Below are positions 29,821 through 39,334 of a stretch of DNA of 64,000 bases, piece by piece. The DNA comes from a virus. A model generated the notes under the pieces. The model was given only the letters and a program-made list of their open reading frames with translations. It made no database searches and was not told where the DNA came from. Position numbers and translations under genes: made by a program. The number at the start of each line of letters is the position of its first letter. Positions within the stretch are counted from its first letter, which is position 1. The stretch spans positions 64,001 through 128,000 of the IMG/VR virus record IMGVR_UViG_3300032236_001503. One strand, 5' to 3'.

Positions 29821-30420
29821 TTAGCAATTAACTTGGTCAACGTTATTTAATAATGAAACGTTTAATTGATTAAAAGCAAATGTAACAGAACAATTTACTT
29901 CACTTGGATCTTGATTAGAAAAATTAATTTCACTTAATCCCGTTGGAAATGCGTTAGTATATGAAAAATTAATTACTTTATTATTATATTCATCCAAAGA
30001 AAATATATTAAAAGTGGAAAAATAATTTGAAACTGGATTGTGAGTATGACCTAAATTTTTAGGAACATCTGGATATGATACTATAGGTGAAGTTGATTTT
30101 TGTGAATTATTAAAAAGATTTAACCAATTCCAAAGTATCCAATAATTTTTATATCCATTATCAACTAAAAATTTTATAGTTAATGGATTATAAGCAGGTC
30201 TTGAATTTGATGATATTTTTGCAACTTGACCACCAAATGGTAAACTAATATCGGGGACTGTTATTGCAGGTACAGGAGAACCATAAATTGTAAATTGTAT
30301 TGGATCAGCCGAATAATTAGTACCAAGAACAGGATCTGATATTGCTTTCATAGCAATAGGTAAATCCAAAATCATGGTGAATTTATCATTTCTAGATCTG
30401 TTTAAAGGTGCTTGGTACAT
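29821..30420 (-). CDS. Tail completion/tube terminator protein (gp3-like)
   Basis: Y.PL.I.F.VD....NY..L.NW, F.NAFPT.LS.I.F, V.FAF tube-fold motifs. Confidence 0.75.
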   Translation of the reverse strand: MYQAPLNRSRNDKFTMILDLPIAMKAISDPVLGTNYSADPIQFTIYGSPVPAITVPDISLPFGGQVAKISSNSRPAYNPLTIKFLVDNGYKNYWILWNWLNLFNNSQKSTSPIVSYPDVPKNLGHTHNPVSNYFSTFNIFSLDEYNNKVINFSYTNAFPTGLSEINFSNQDPSEVNCSVTFAFNQLNVSLLNNVDQVNC

Positions 30421-30423
30421 AAA

Positions 30424-32304
30424 TTAAAAAAGTATTGATGGCATATAACCATCTCCTTCATATTTATCAGTATCAACTGGTTTAAATGGTCTAGAAATTG
30501 GTTTATCTATTGGTGGTGGTGTTTTACCATCCCAAGCATGTAACCATGCTGAGAAATTAGCAACATCTTGATCCATATCAGGACTGGTATTTTCATCATA
30601 TCTACCTATCCAAGTTAAAGGTGTACTGGTTATTGCTGTTTTCTTATAAATTGATACCTGTCCTTGGAAAATGGGACTTTTTCTGATCAAGTCGGCATTA
30701 TCTATAAGTGGTTTTATCTTTAATGGTCTACCTTGATCATCCAAATCAATGATATTAAAATACTTTGTTGCTAAAGAAGGATCTAATAAAAATAATGCCC
30801 AAACTAATGCTAAAACTCGGTCATCCAAATCTTTATCAGTTCTTTTACTAAAGGTAAAATTTGGTAAACGAACAAAATTTGCCAATTCTAATGCCGTATC
30901 TAAATCATTTAATTTTAAAGCCTTTAAACTATTTGCCCAATATCTAAAGTTAGTAATACCTTTATAACGAGTATTTGTATGATTATGAATACCCATACGA
31001 TTATCGTTATTATAATGCTTACTCATACCTTCAAAAGTATAGGTAACGATATTTTCATAATTATGTGTTTTTGATAAAACGTTCAATACTTCCACACCAT
31101 TGTTATTATTTTCAATTAATATAGGTGGTCGCCCCCAATCTTCTAATATACCCATTATTCTTGTTCCAAAATTATATGGACTAATGTTATTACTAGCAAA
31201 TACTGCAACTTGATCAATGTTACCCAAATCAGATACATCCAATATCTGACAAACGCTATTTGATCTACCAATTCCTTCACCTACGTCAACACCAATTACA
31301 TAGAAAGAACCTTCTTTTGGTTGATTAAATATTTTATAATCACCATTATCCATTACTAAAATTGGTTCTTTACATTGAGCTTTTAATCGTTCTAATTCAG
31401 CAGGATCTATTGCGGTTTTTCCTTTTTCATGGAATACATTTCCATATTCTTGATCAAAATCGTCTTTTGAACCAATAGCATCAGTAGCTTCTTTTTTCCA
31501 TTGTTCATCTCTACCGGGTACGTCCCACCAATTAACCGTTTCTAAATGCCAATCACTATCAGGTTTTTTAGCTTGTTCAACCAATTCATAAAACTTATTA
31601 TCAACACCATTAGGCGTACTAATAACAACGAGTTGTGATTTTTTCATGGAAGAAATAATAGGAATAGCGGATTTCCATAATTCTTTCATGAGATCATTAG
31701 GACAGTGTGCCATTTCGTCAATAATAAGAAGATTACTTGTGCTACCACGAGGACCTGCACTACTGGTAGAACTAATAGTTATTCTAGAACCGTTCTCTAA
31801 TTCGAACCCATCTTTTCTCCAAGACTTAACAGATGGTTTCATCCAAATTGGAAGTTCTTCAAATGACATTCTAATACGAGCAAAAATTTCCTTTGCTGTA
31901 TCTTCTTTATTTGCAACAATTGTGATTCGTTTATCATCTTGAAAACACACCATCCAAAGAGCATAAATGGTGATTGTAGTTGTTTTTCCACTCTGACGGC
32001 TGGAAAGCACCACGTTGAATCTATTATTAACAAATGCTTTTAATAAATTCTTTTGATATTTGTATAATTTAATTCGTTCTTTACCATCTTCGGTAATAAT
32101 ATAGAAATAATTTTCCGCAAAATGCAAAACTTTTTTTGCACAAATCTTTATCTCCTCAATCATCTCAGGAGTCCACTTTATTTGTGCATTACCCCTTAAA
32201 AGATTTTCATTTCCTTTATAAAAACTACCATCTATTAACACATCTTCATTATTAAGATCTGCTAAAGATGATGCATTATCTACTATTTTAGGTTTTCTTC
32301 CCAT
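30424..32304 (-). CDS. gp17: Terminase large subunit (T4 gp17-like)
   Basis: Y.GN.NL, SRQSGKTT, IIDEMAH, STPNG.N.FY, F.QEY, GVDVGEG, DD.V.A; start set at ATG 32304. Confidence 0.95.
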   Translation of the reverse strand: MGRKPKIVDNASSLADLNNEDVLIDGSFYKGNENLLRGNAQIKWTPEMIEEIKICAKKVLHFAENYFYIITEDGKERIKLYKYQKNLLKAFVNNRFNVVLSSRQSGKTTTITIYALWMVCFQDDKRITIVANKEDTAKEIFARIRMSFEELPIWMKPSVKSWRKDGFELENGSRITISSTSSAGPRGSTSNLLIIDEMAHCPNDLMKELWKSAIPIISSMKKSQLVVISTPNGVDNKFYELVEQAKKPDSDWHLETVNWWDVPGRDEQWKKEATDAIGSKDDFDQEYGNVFHEKGKTAIDPAELERLKAQCKEPILVMDNGDYKIFNQPKEGSFYVIGVDVGEGIGRSNSVCQILDVSDLGNIDQVAVFASNNISPYNFGTRIMGILEDWGRPPILIENNNNGVEVLNVLSKTHNYENIVTYTFEGMSKHYNNDNRMGIHNHTNTRYKGITNFRYWANSLKALKLNDLDTALELANFVRLPNFTFSKRTDKDLDDRVLALVWALFLLDPSLATKYFNIIDLDDQGRPLKIKPLIDNADLIRKSPIFQGQVSIYKKTAITSTPLTWIGRYDENTSPDMDQDVANFSAWLHAWDGKTPPPIDKPISRPFKPVDTDKYEGDGYMPSILF

Positions 32305-32310
32305 CGTTAA

Positions 32311-32320
32311 TAAATACTTA
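32311..32320. promoter_or_regulatory. Back-to-back overlapping late promoters
   Basis: TAAATA (+) 5 nt before GTG 32322 and TAAGTA (-) 10 nt before the terL ATG, inside a 17-bp gap. Confidence 0.55.
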
Positions 32321-32321
32321 T

Positions 32322-32708
32322 GTGAATCCCTCCGAATCTGAACCACTAGAAAACGAAAAAATTGTTGATTTAGGTAAAAAAGATGGTGTTTTTGCTTATG
32401 ATAGCCAATGGCCCGTGTTTGTTTTACATAAAACTGATCCAAATGGTATATGGACTAGATTTAAAACAAAAATAGATATTTTAGAATATCAAAATTCTTT
32501 ACAAGATCTTACCATAGAAGAAATAGAAGAATTTCTATATCATAATTCTGATATAGATTTAGATATGAATATATTTGAAGAAGAGATGCCAGAATTTAAT
32601 TTCTTTAAATACAAAAACGAAATATATTGTTACACTTATGGTAAAAAGGGAAAGGATAAAAGTCGATTTTACGTTCGTTTTTACTTTGATCTTGAAGAGA
32701 TTTTTTAA
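32322..32708 (+). CDS. Hypothetical protein
   Basis: 128-aa ORF filling the gap between terL and gp53. Confidence 0.6.
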   Translation: MNPSESEPLENEKIVDLGKKDGVFAYDSQWPVFVLHKTDPNGIWTRFKTKIDILEYQNSLQDLTIEEIEEFLYHNSDIDLDMNIFEEEMPEFNFFKYKNEIYCYTYGKKGKDKSRFYVRFYFDLEEIF

Positions 32709-33064
32709 TTATTATTTTGTAGATTTAACTGTTGTAAAACTGGAGAAACGTATTGAGATTTTAATAACTTTAATTTTGTTCCTACTTGAGGCATAATAGT
32801 TGGATTAGTAATCTGATTATATTCACACACCAACCACCATAAATCCATAGTTCCATAATAGTTATGCGATATTAAATACCAAGTATCATTAAATTTTGTA
32901 GTATATGTATCTTCAATTGATGTATTATCAGCTGGTAATACAGTAATATTTCTTAGTAAATTATAAAAATATGTACCATCATCATTCTGATAAACATTTA
33001 AAAAATTCTCATATCTGTAAGGAGAATTTATTTTTGGTAGATTTGAAAAATTATTTTGGTTCAT
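32705..33064 (-). CDS. Baseplate wedge subunit (gp53-like, LysM-like)
   Basis: DTW..IS..YYG..DLWW.V...N.I.NP...P..G..LK. Confidence 0.8.
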   Translation of the reverse strand: MNQNNFSNLPKINSPYRYENFLNVYQNDDGTYFYNLLRNITVLPADNTSIEDTYTTKFNDTWYLISHNYYGTMDLWWLVCEYNQITNPTIMPQVGTKLKLLKSQYVSPVLQQLNLQNNN

Positions 33065-33067
33065 AGA

Positions 33068-34135
33068 TTATTGTTTAATTCCTATAAGATTTTCTGCTCC
33101 ACCAACAACGGTTTTTGCTACACCGTTAATCGCAGCAGCAGCAGTACTAGCTGTTTTATTAACGACATTCATGGCTTCATTATTTAATGGGTTTACAACT
33201 TGAACTTTAGTACCACCCATTGTACCTGCGAATATATTAGAACTGTCAGGAAGCAATTGTTTGAATGTTATACTGACTTTATAAGCCTCTGGAACTAATA
33301 ATGCATTACCATTAGTATTACCAGTGTAACCAGTTTCAGATAGATATCTTGTTGTACCTATACTTTGAATATCAAGATTACTGACATATGCTGCGGGCCA
33401 ATATATTCCACCAAATGCCCAACCATCAAGAGTATAAATTTTAGGTGGAATATATGTAATAAAAGATGTTCTATTTTTTAAATTTTGAAAGGTAAACAAA
33501 GTGACAAAACAATAATTGTCAAATGCACTTTTTGTATCAAATGTATTATATAAAGGAAAACTTATAGTTATTTCTTGTAAAGCGGTATCTGTATATTGAT
33601 ATGTTGATTCAATACCCATACCCGGTGACACCACACCACCTAATGCTGCTATACCAGCACCGATTTGATTACCCTTTGATGATTTATCACCTTTACCCTC
33701 AAACAAACCAAGAATATCACCCATTCCAGCTGCGTTATCCCATTGATTATTAAAAGATCTTATTTTTGGGTTATCACTACTAATTAACCAAGGAAATGCA
33801 TAACTAAATCCAGTTGGGTTAGCAGCATATAATGTTAAATACGGATCTACGTTTGCTAAACTTCCAGTAACGGTTGCGTTAGCAACAACTAATGCATTAG
33901 CTATATTTTGAACCCACGCACCATATTGTAATTCACTTTCGGTTACTAAAATATATGGAACCTCGGATACATCACCTGAATTTGACCAAGTGAATTCATT
34001 CAATATATCAATTAAACCGGAACCATTTGGTTTTAAATATGGGATATTTTTACTGACTAAATTTAAACCCGGTATATTGGCATTACTATTAGTATAACCA
34101 ACATTTGAAAATAATCTATTTGATGGTATAGCCAT
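33068..34135 (-). CDS. Baseplate/tail tube cap protein (gp48-like)
   Basis: Follows the tape measure gene; YIPPKIY, AYV..L.I, P.A..VSI.F..L. Confidence 0.55.
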   Translation of the reverse strand: MAIPSNRLFSNVGYTNSNANIPGLNLVSKNIPYLKPNGSGLIDILNEFTWSNSGDVSEVPYILVTESELQYGAWVQNIANALVVANATVTGSLANVDPYLTLYAANPTGFSYAFPWLISSDNPKIRSFNNQWDNAAGMGDILGLFEGKGDKSSKGNQIGAGIAALGGVVSPGMGIESTYQYTDTALQEITISFPLYNTFDTKSAFDNYCFVTLFTFQNLKNRTSFITYIPPKIYTLDGWAFGGIYWPAAYVSNLDIQSIGTTRYLSETGYTGNTNGNALLVPEAYKVSITFKQLLPDSSNIFAGTMGGTKVQVVNPLNNEAMNVVNKTASTAAAAINGVAKTVVGGAENLIGIKQ

Positions 34136-34137
34136 AA

Positions 34138-36189
34138 TTAACAGTACACTCCCCCTCTTTTCATTGTCATTGCATGCCAATTAACTCTCATGTCATGTAA
34201 TGGATCTCTTGATGATCCTTTAGAACCATTATTTGATGTTATACTGACATTCGAAACATTATTAGATGTTGGAATATTATTATTGTTGTTATTTTTCTGC
34301 ATTGCTATGATAGCTTTCGCTAAATCTTGTACGTTTTTATTTAAGCTATTAATAGACTTATCTATTGAACCACCTGATTTTGTAGCAATTACTGTGTCAG
34401 CCTTACTATTGGGAACATATGTTTTACCATCTATACCAGTAATATATGTTGCATCAATTTGAGCATCTTCAGTTGGTATAGGGTTATTAACATTTCTTCT
34501 ACCTGCTTGTAATTCCTCTTTTGTTGGCGGTGGTAATGTGGATGATGCAGTCATTCCTTTCCAGACGTTACTAAAAAATCCACCTTCCGATTGATTAGAT
34601 TCCTTTTCTAAATCAACTGTTTTTTTACCTAATGAAACACCTAATGATTCTCCACCAGTAAAATTATTTAATCCTTTGGAAACCGCATTTTCAGTTTTAA
34701 ATCCTTTACCCATCAACCAACTGAATGCACCAGATGATAATTTAGCAACCCAATCAGTTATGGTAACTAAAATATCACCAAATCCTCCAATAAACGACAT
34801 TAATACTGCTGTTGTTTTTTGAATTGGTGACAATTTATCATCGGAAAATACAGAAAATAAAGTTTTAATTGAATCAACAACTGGGTCAATTAATAACGCA
34901 ATCGGTCCTAAAAACTTTTCCAATACATCAAATAATGGTGCGAATTTTGAAAATAATTCTATTACACCAGCAAACGGTCCTCTTATCTTGGATATCCAAG
35001 ATAATAATCCTTCACCAGCTTCAGCAAACCCTTTAAAAAATTTAGTAATACCAGAAAAACGTCCACCTTCAGCAAATAATCCTTCTATACCCTTTCCAGC
35101 ATCTTCTACAAATTTTCCTGCTGATTTTATAGGAGATGTAAGCTTTTCAAATCCCTTTGTAAAATCTGCAACAATTTTATCAAAATTAGTAGCTTCTTTT
35201 ATTTTAGTTATTAAATTTGTCCATTTTGTATTAACCCATGCCGAAATATCATCAAATTTTATTAAACGTTTAATACCATCAATCATCGCATTCCATTTTT
35301 CACCAAACCATTCGGATACTTTTATTAATGTTTTACTTGATCTAAATGATTCTTCCCATTCACCTAAAACTCTTTCGGGTAAACCAAATAACCATTCAAA
35401 TGCTTTTGATAATTTACCAGCCAATAATATACCATCGGAAATTAATCCTAATAATAATAAAAATAATCCTGACATTCCACCCTTTGCTTGTTCTTCTTGA
35501 TTATTACCAGTGATAGAAATTTTTGGAAATTTCTTGATAGCGTTATCTAAAAGATCGGTTATAAATTCTTTACCACTTTTTGAAAATCCAATAAGAGTTT
35601 CTTGTGGACCGAAATTCTTCTGCTCCTGATCAGCAGGTTCATTTGGTTTGATATTCTTAACCGAATCGGGAATTATATTTTGAATTGGTTGATTTACTTT
35701 ATTTAAATTCTCTGTTGGATTTGCAGCAGAAGCCTGTTGAGCAAGAAATTGATCTCTTACTTCATTAGATACGAATCTATTATTTTGATCAACATATTGA
35801 CCAGCTTTATTTTGTTTTATAGCTGGTATATTCTTTTTATATTCTTCACTGGGTTCAAATTTCTTGTTGAGAAATTTTTCCATATTTGTTTTATATTTCT
35901 TAATAGCATCCTCATACTCTTTATTGATGTTAGATAACCCAAAAGGATCTGTTAATTTATCAACGGTTGTATTGTTTACTGTATCTAATTTCTTCTTTAT
36001 TAAAGAATAGAAATCTTTTAACTTAGTTGAAACGGGATTAAAGAAATTTTCCTTAAATGATGCATGGAATTCATCTATATAGGCAGTATTATCCCCAAAT
36101 AGAAGCTTATTGATAAGTTCTTGGGAATTAATTTCCCCTGTCAAATTATCTTTAAGACTGTCTAGGACTTTTAAAATGTCTTCACCCAT
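34138..36189 (-). CDS. Tail tape measure-like protein (gp29-like)
   Basis: 683 aa helical protein with W/F-spaced amphipathic repeats and hydrophobic segments; downstream of the gp26-like chaperones. Confidence 0.65.
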   Translation of the reverse strand: MGEDILKVLDSLKDNLTGEINSQELINKLLFGDNTAYIDEFHASFKENFFNPVSTKLKDFYSLIKKKLDTVNNTTVDKLTDPFGLSNINKEYEDAIKKYKTNMEKFLNKKFEPSEEYKKNIPAIKQNKAGQYVDQNNRFVSNEVRDQFLAQQASAANPTENLNKVNQPIQNIIPDSVKNIKPNEPADQEQKNFGPQETLIGFSKSGKEFITDLLDNAIKKFPKISITGNNQEEQAKGGMSGLFLLLLGLISDGILLAGKLSKAFEWLFGLPERVLGEWEESFRSSKTLIKVSEWFGEKWNAMIDGIKRLIKFDDISAWVNTKWTNLITKIKEATNFDKIVADFTKGFEKLTSPIKSAGKFVEDAGKGIEGLFAEGGRFSGITKFFKGFAEAGEGLLSWISKIRGPFAGVIELFSKFAPLFDVLEKFLGPIALLIDPVVDSIKTLFSVFSDDKLSPIQKTTAVLMSFIGGFGDILVTITDWVAKLSSGAFSWLMGKGFKTENAVSKGLNNFTGGESLGVSLGKKTVDLEKESNQSEGGFFSNVWKGMTASSTLPPPTKEELQAGRRNVNNPIPTEDAQIDATYITGIDGKTYVPNSKADTVIATKSGGSIDKSINSLNKNVQDLAKAIIAMQKNNNNNNIPTSNNVSNVSITSNNGSKGSSRDPLHDMRVNWHAMTMKRGGVYC

Positions 36190-36195
36190 ATATAA

Positions 36196-36203
36196 TATTT
36201 ATA
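36196..36203 (-). promoter_or_regulatory. T4-type late promoter TATAAATA
   Basis: Exact TATAAATA, 6 nt before ATG 36189. Confidence 0.7.
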
Positions 36204-36222
36204 TGGGAATAGTGGTTTAAGC

Positions 36223-37032
36223 TTAACTTAAAAACAATAAACTATCTATAGTTATAACCTTCTTGAGATCACCATTTGTAACAGTCAATATCGAATCTAT
36301 ATCATTTTTCCATTCTGAAACTTGTGCGAGAACTTTTTGAATCAAGCCAGATGGTAATTTTTCAACAACTCTAAGTTTTTGATTGAATGTTAAAGTGTTA
36401 AAATCATATTTTGCGCCATTAATGGTGACATAATTGATATACTTTGAGGTTTCTGATATAAAAGCATCAGAAATAATAGCTTGTACATCTTTATTAGTCT
36501 TAATATCATCTATCTTTTTATAATCATTATAAAAATTTTCTTCATATTCGACTTCGGTTTTAATGGTAGGCAAAGAAACACCAACAATTAAAGAAACTGT
36601 TTCATTTTTAAGCTCAACATCAGTTAAATTTGGTGTTTTATAATCATTAAATCTAGATATAACATCATTTAAATTTATTTTTGATGATATATCATCATTG
36701 AATTTAACAGTTAATTCTTCTGATATCTGAGATTTAAGTGCAATAGCAATAAACGATTTATCTGATACTGTTAATTCATCTACGACTGACTTTTCTTCCG
36801 AGAGAATGTTTTCCTTTAAGATACTGTAAAAAGTTTTTACGAATTCCGAATTATAAACAGAATTATCCATTGCTGAGCTTAAAAGCGTTTTCTGTTGTTT
36901 TGCATCAATTTCTTTAAAGTATATGGTTTTTTCTTTTGAAGGTATATAAACGCCAATTTTGAACGATTCTGACACACTGTTGAGTGCATTTATCGCAGCA
37001 TTAAAGTCTAAAATTGTATTTTCTTCGGTCAT
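36223..37032 (-). CDS. Baseplate hub assembly chaperone (gp26-like)
   Basis: IPS..K.I.FK.I..KQQK.LL, L...D..FI...L, PT, F at the C-terminus. Confidence 0.7.
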   Translation of the reverse strand: MTEENTILDFNAAINALNSVSESFKIGVYIPSKEKTIYFKEIDAKQQKTLLSSAMDNSVYNSEFVKTFYSILKENILSEEKSVVDELTVSDKSFIAIALKSQISEELTVKFNDDISSKINLNDVISRFNDYKTPNLTDVELKNETVSLIVGVSLPTIKTEVEYEENFYNDYKKIDDIKTNKDVQAIISDAFISETSKYINYVTINGAKYDFNTLTFNQKLRVVEKLPSGLIQKVLAQVSEWKNDIDSILTVTNGDLKKVITIDSLLFLS

Positions 37033-37037
37033 GAGAT

Positions 37038-37045
37038 TATTTATA
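37038..37045 (-). promoter_or_regulatory. T4-type late promoter TATAAATA
   Basis: Exact TATAAATA, 5 nt before ATG 37032. Confidence 0.7.
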
Positions 37046-37049
37046 TAGG

Positions 37050-38012
37050 TTACTGTCCAAATTCAAGTGCCAAATCTTGGACACTTTTACTGGCATTACT
37101 CTTAATCATGTTGTTAACGCCGTCATTTTGGTTGTTTTCTTTCCTTTTTCTTGCCTCTACTATGATTGATGAATATACTTTTCTTTCTGCTGGTGATAAT
37201 TTTAATACGTATTCAGGGGGTAAATTCTCACCTGCCATATAAAAGATCTCTTCATAAAGAGACTTTACATCATAAGAGAAAAACAACCTTATAAAATCTA
37301 TGAATGATAATGTGTATAAATTAAATGTATTATTTTTAAATGATTCAACCATGAATAAATCACATTGATTTAATTTCTTAACATTTTCTAGAACTAATTC
37401 TTGTACTTTTTTTATTAATGAAACCGATATTTTACAAAAAATTTCATTTTTTTGTATCGAATCAAAATTAGAAAAAATAATTTTCTTATCTCCTATTTTT
37501 ATATATTCTATAAATTCTTGAAAACTATCAAATACAACTTTGAAATCATTATCTATTATATCCTGAAACACTTTTATCGATTTTATGGTGGGCCAACACA
37601 ATTTAATTTCAATGTTATTTTCAGTTATTAAATTATCTTTAATAGCTTCTACTGCACCATAATATAAATTCTTTAAAAATAAATTTAAATTTATTGTAGT
37701 TTTTGCGGTTTTAAATTCAGCATTTTCAGTCTTGGTTATGAACTCTATAGATGAACCAATACTCACAATTCTTAATTTTGTTATGAATAAAACATAATCA
37801 ATTATATTAATATTATCAAAATCATCTGGTGTTTCTAAACACTCTTTAATTGTTTTTAAAACAAAGTTATTATAATCAAAATAATTTTCTTTGGTTTTAG
37901 GAAAAGACAAATTAGCTTTTGACAGAGCTATTTGCTGCTCCGTTGTAATTTCCTTAAACTTTACCTTCTTGTTTGAAAATGGTAATTCTGTACTATAGTT
38001 ATAGTATTCCAC
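37050..38012 (-). CDS. gp26-like chaperone with a gp51-like C-terminus
   Basis: LP.S.K.VKF...T, IDY...I.KLR..SIG..I; C-terminal Y.EIFY.......EYV.KL.P.ER.VY. Confidence 0.65.
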   Translation of the reverse strand: MEYYNYSTELPFSNKKVKFKEITTEQQIALSKANLSFPKTKENYFDYNNFVLKTIKECLETPDDFDNINIIDYVLFITKLRIVSIGSSIEFITKTENAEFKTAKTTINLNLFLKNLYYGAVEAIKDNLITENNIEIKLCWPTIKSIKVFQDIIDNDFKVVFDSFQEFIEYIKIGDKKIIFSNFDSIQKNEIFCKISVSLIKKVQELVLENVKKLNQCDLFMVESFKNNTFNLYTLSFIDFIRLFFSYDVKSLYEEIFYMAGENLPPEYVLKLSPAERKVYSSIIVEARKRKENNQNDGVNNMIKSNASKSVQDLALEFGQ

Positions 38013-38020
38013 CTAATAAC

Positions 38021-38737
38021 TTATAAGGTCTTTATCAAAGATCCAGTAGAAGCATCGGAAACCCAATATGAATCATAAACAAATTCTATTGGACTAGTTC
38101 TTAATCCGTCTTCCATGTAGGAATAAGATTCTGGTGGAATCGTTATGGGTGCAACATTACTAAAACTATAAACTTTTCTTGGAGCCATTGGACTACCATA
38201 ACCCGTTTTAGCAAGCATTATTACATCCAATTGTCCACATTTTACATACTTCTCAGAACCCTTATCTCTAGCAACTAAACCATTATAACCAACTGAAATA
38301 GCCCAAGGTCTTAATATTAAATCGATAAATGATGCATTTGTTTCTAACATCGTGATCGATAATGGTTTATATTTTGTTCTTGTATTGGAAGTAGCAGGTG
38401 CTTGATAACCACCATAATCCAATCCTTCATGTGATGCATTTATATTCTCACCGGGTAGATCGACTTCTCTAGCCCATGCACAACCAATATTACCAGTGTA
38501 TTGGAACGTTTGACTTAATAAACTATATGAAGTACTTGGATCATAACTCCAACCAGCACTATTTTCATACGTATTTAATAAATTAGAAAAATTACTAGAT
38601 AGAACATTAATATCAGTTATTCCAGTAAACTGCAAAAACCACTGACTAGCCATTGCTAGATTAGTGGGCCAAGTACCTAGAAGACTTAAATAGTAATCAT
38701 AGGTACTTGCGTATCCAAATGTATTAATTGGTGGCAT
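38021..38737 (-). CDS. Tail tube initiator/tube-like protein (gp54-like)
   Basis: V.LPGE.I, L.I..LET, Y.F..V.P..I, F.YD; follows the tube gene; late promoter at 38743-38750. Confidence 0.65.
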   Translation of the reverse strand: MPPINTFGYASTYDYYLSLLGTWPTNLAMASQWFLQFTGITDINVLSSNFSNLLNTYENSAGWSYDPSTSYSLLSQTFQYTGNIGCAWAREVDLPGENINASHEGLDYGGYQAPATSNTRTKYKPLSITMLETNASFIDLILRPWAISVGYNGLVARDKGSEKYVKCGQLDVIMLAKTGYGSPMAPRKVYSFSNVAPITIPPESYSYMEDGLRTSPIEFVYDSYWVSDASTGSLIKTL

Positions 38738-38765
38738 AATAATATTTATGCCTTAGTGCTTATTA

Positions 38766-39305
38766 TTAAGACTTTCTCCAATACTGATAAGCAATTGTTG
38801 CACCTTGTGTTAAGACTGTTCCAGCATCGGTAATATCTAACGCAAGTTCACCAACTTCTTGTAACCATGCACCATAAAGTGTATAAGTTTCAAGAGGATT
38901 ACCTAACTTATCAATTAATACTAAGATAATTGAATTATTAGCATTTGTTGATGGTATATTGTAATTGCCAGTACTAGAAGAATCATCAAAAATTGATGTG
39001 ATCCACTGTTCAAGCTTTTGACGGATTGAAATATTTTGAGGTAAACGGAATTCAACTTTCCAACCAGCACTATTTGGATAGTTAACCGTACCCGGTACGT
39101 TAAACTTAAGACCCATGAATGGGAGTTCAACATTCTGGATAGCCTTTGCTGGCATTGTTGTAGTTGTGATATAAAGTAATTCTTCAGGACTGAAGGTTGT
39201 GCCTCCAATTGAGATTACTCTGAATAAGTTCTTTCTTGCGAAGTCATTAGCTGCCGCCGCATTGTAGAAGTTTTCGATTCCGTATGTGTCAAGTATTCCG
39301 CTCAT
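38766..39305 (-). CDS. gp19: Tail tube protein (gp19-like)
   Basis: AR.NLFRV, V.LPF.G....PG..Y...W.V.F, IR..LE.W, Y.L.G.W...VG, YQYW; TAAATA at 39313-39318. Confidence 0.9.
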   Translation of the reverse strand: MSGILDTYGIENFYNAAAANDFARKNLFRVISIGGTTFSPEELLYITTTTMPAKAIQNVELPFMGLKFNVPGTVNYPNSAGWKVEFRLPQNISIRQKLEQWITSIFDDSSSTGNYNIPSTNANNSIILVLIDKLGNPLETYTLYGAWLQEVGELALDITDAGTVLTQGATIAYQYWRKS

Positions 39306-39334
39306 ATGTTAATATTTATCCTTGTTGTATACAA

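Noticed and set aside
32305-32442. Long TerL N-terminus given by the ORF track (start 32442)
   Set aside because: It overlaps the divergent gene at 32322; the ATG at 32304 has a TAAGTA promoter just upstream
34988-35500. 170-aa antisense ORF, and similar shadow ORFs at 18615, 31646, 42694 and 62181
   Set aside because: They lie wholly or almost wholly opposite well-supported genes, have no recognisable motifs, and their composition is what antisense reading of those codons would give
36223-37060. Programmed frameshift joining the two gp26-like chaperones
   Set aside because: No slippery heptamer is evident at the junction, and the second gene has its own TATAAATA and ATG
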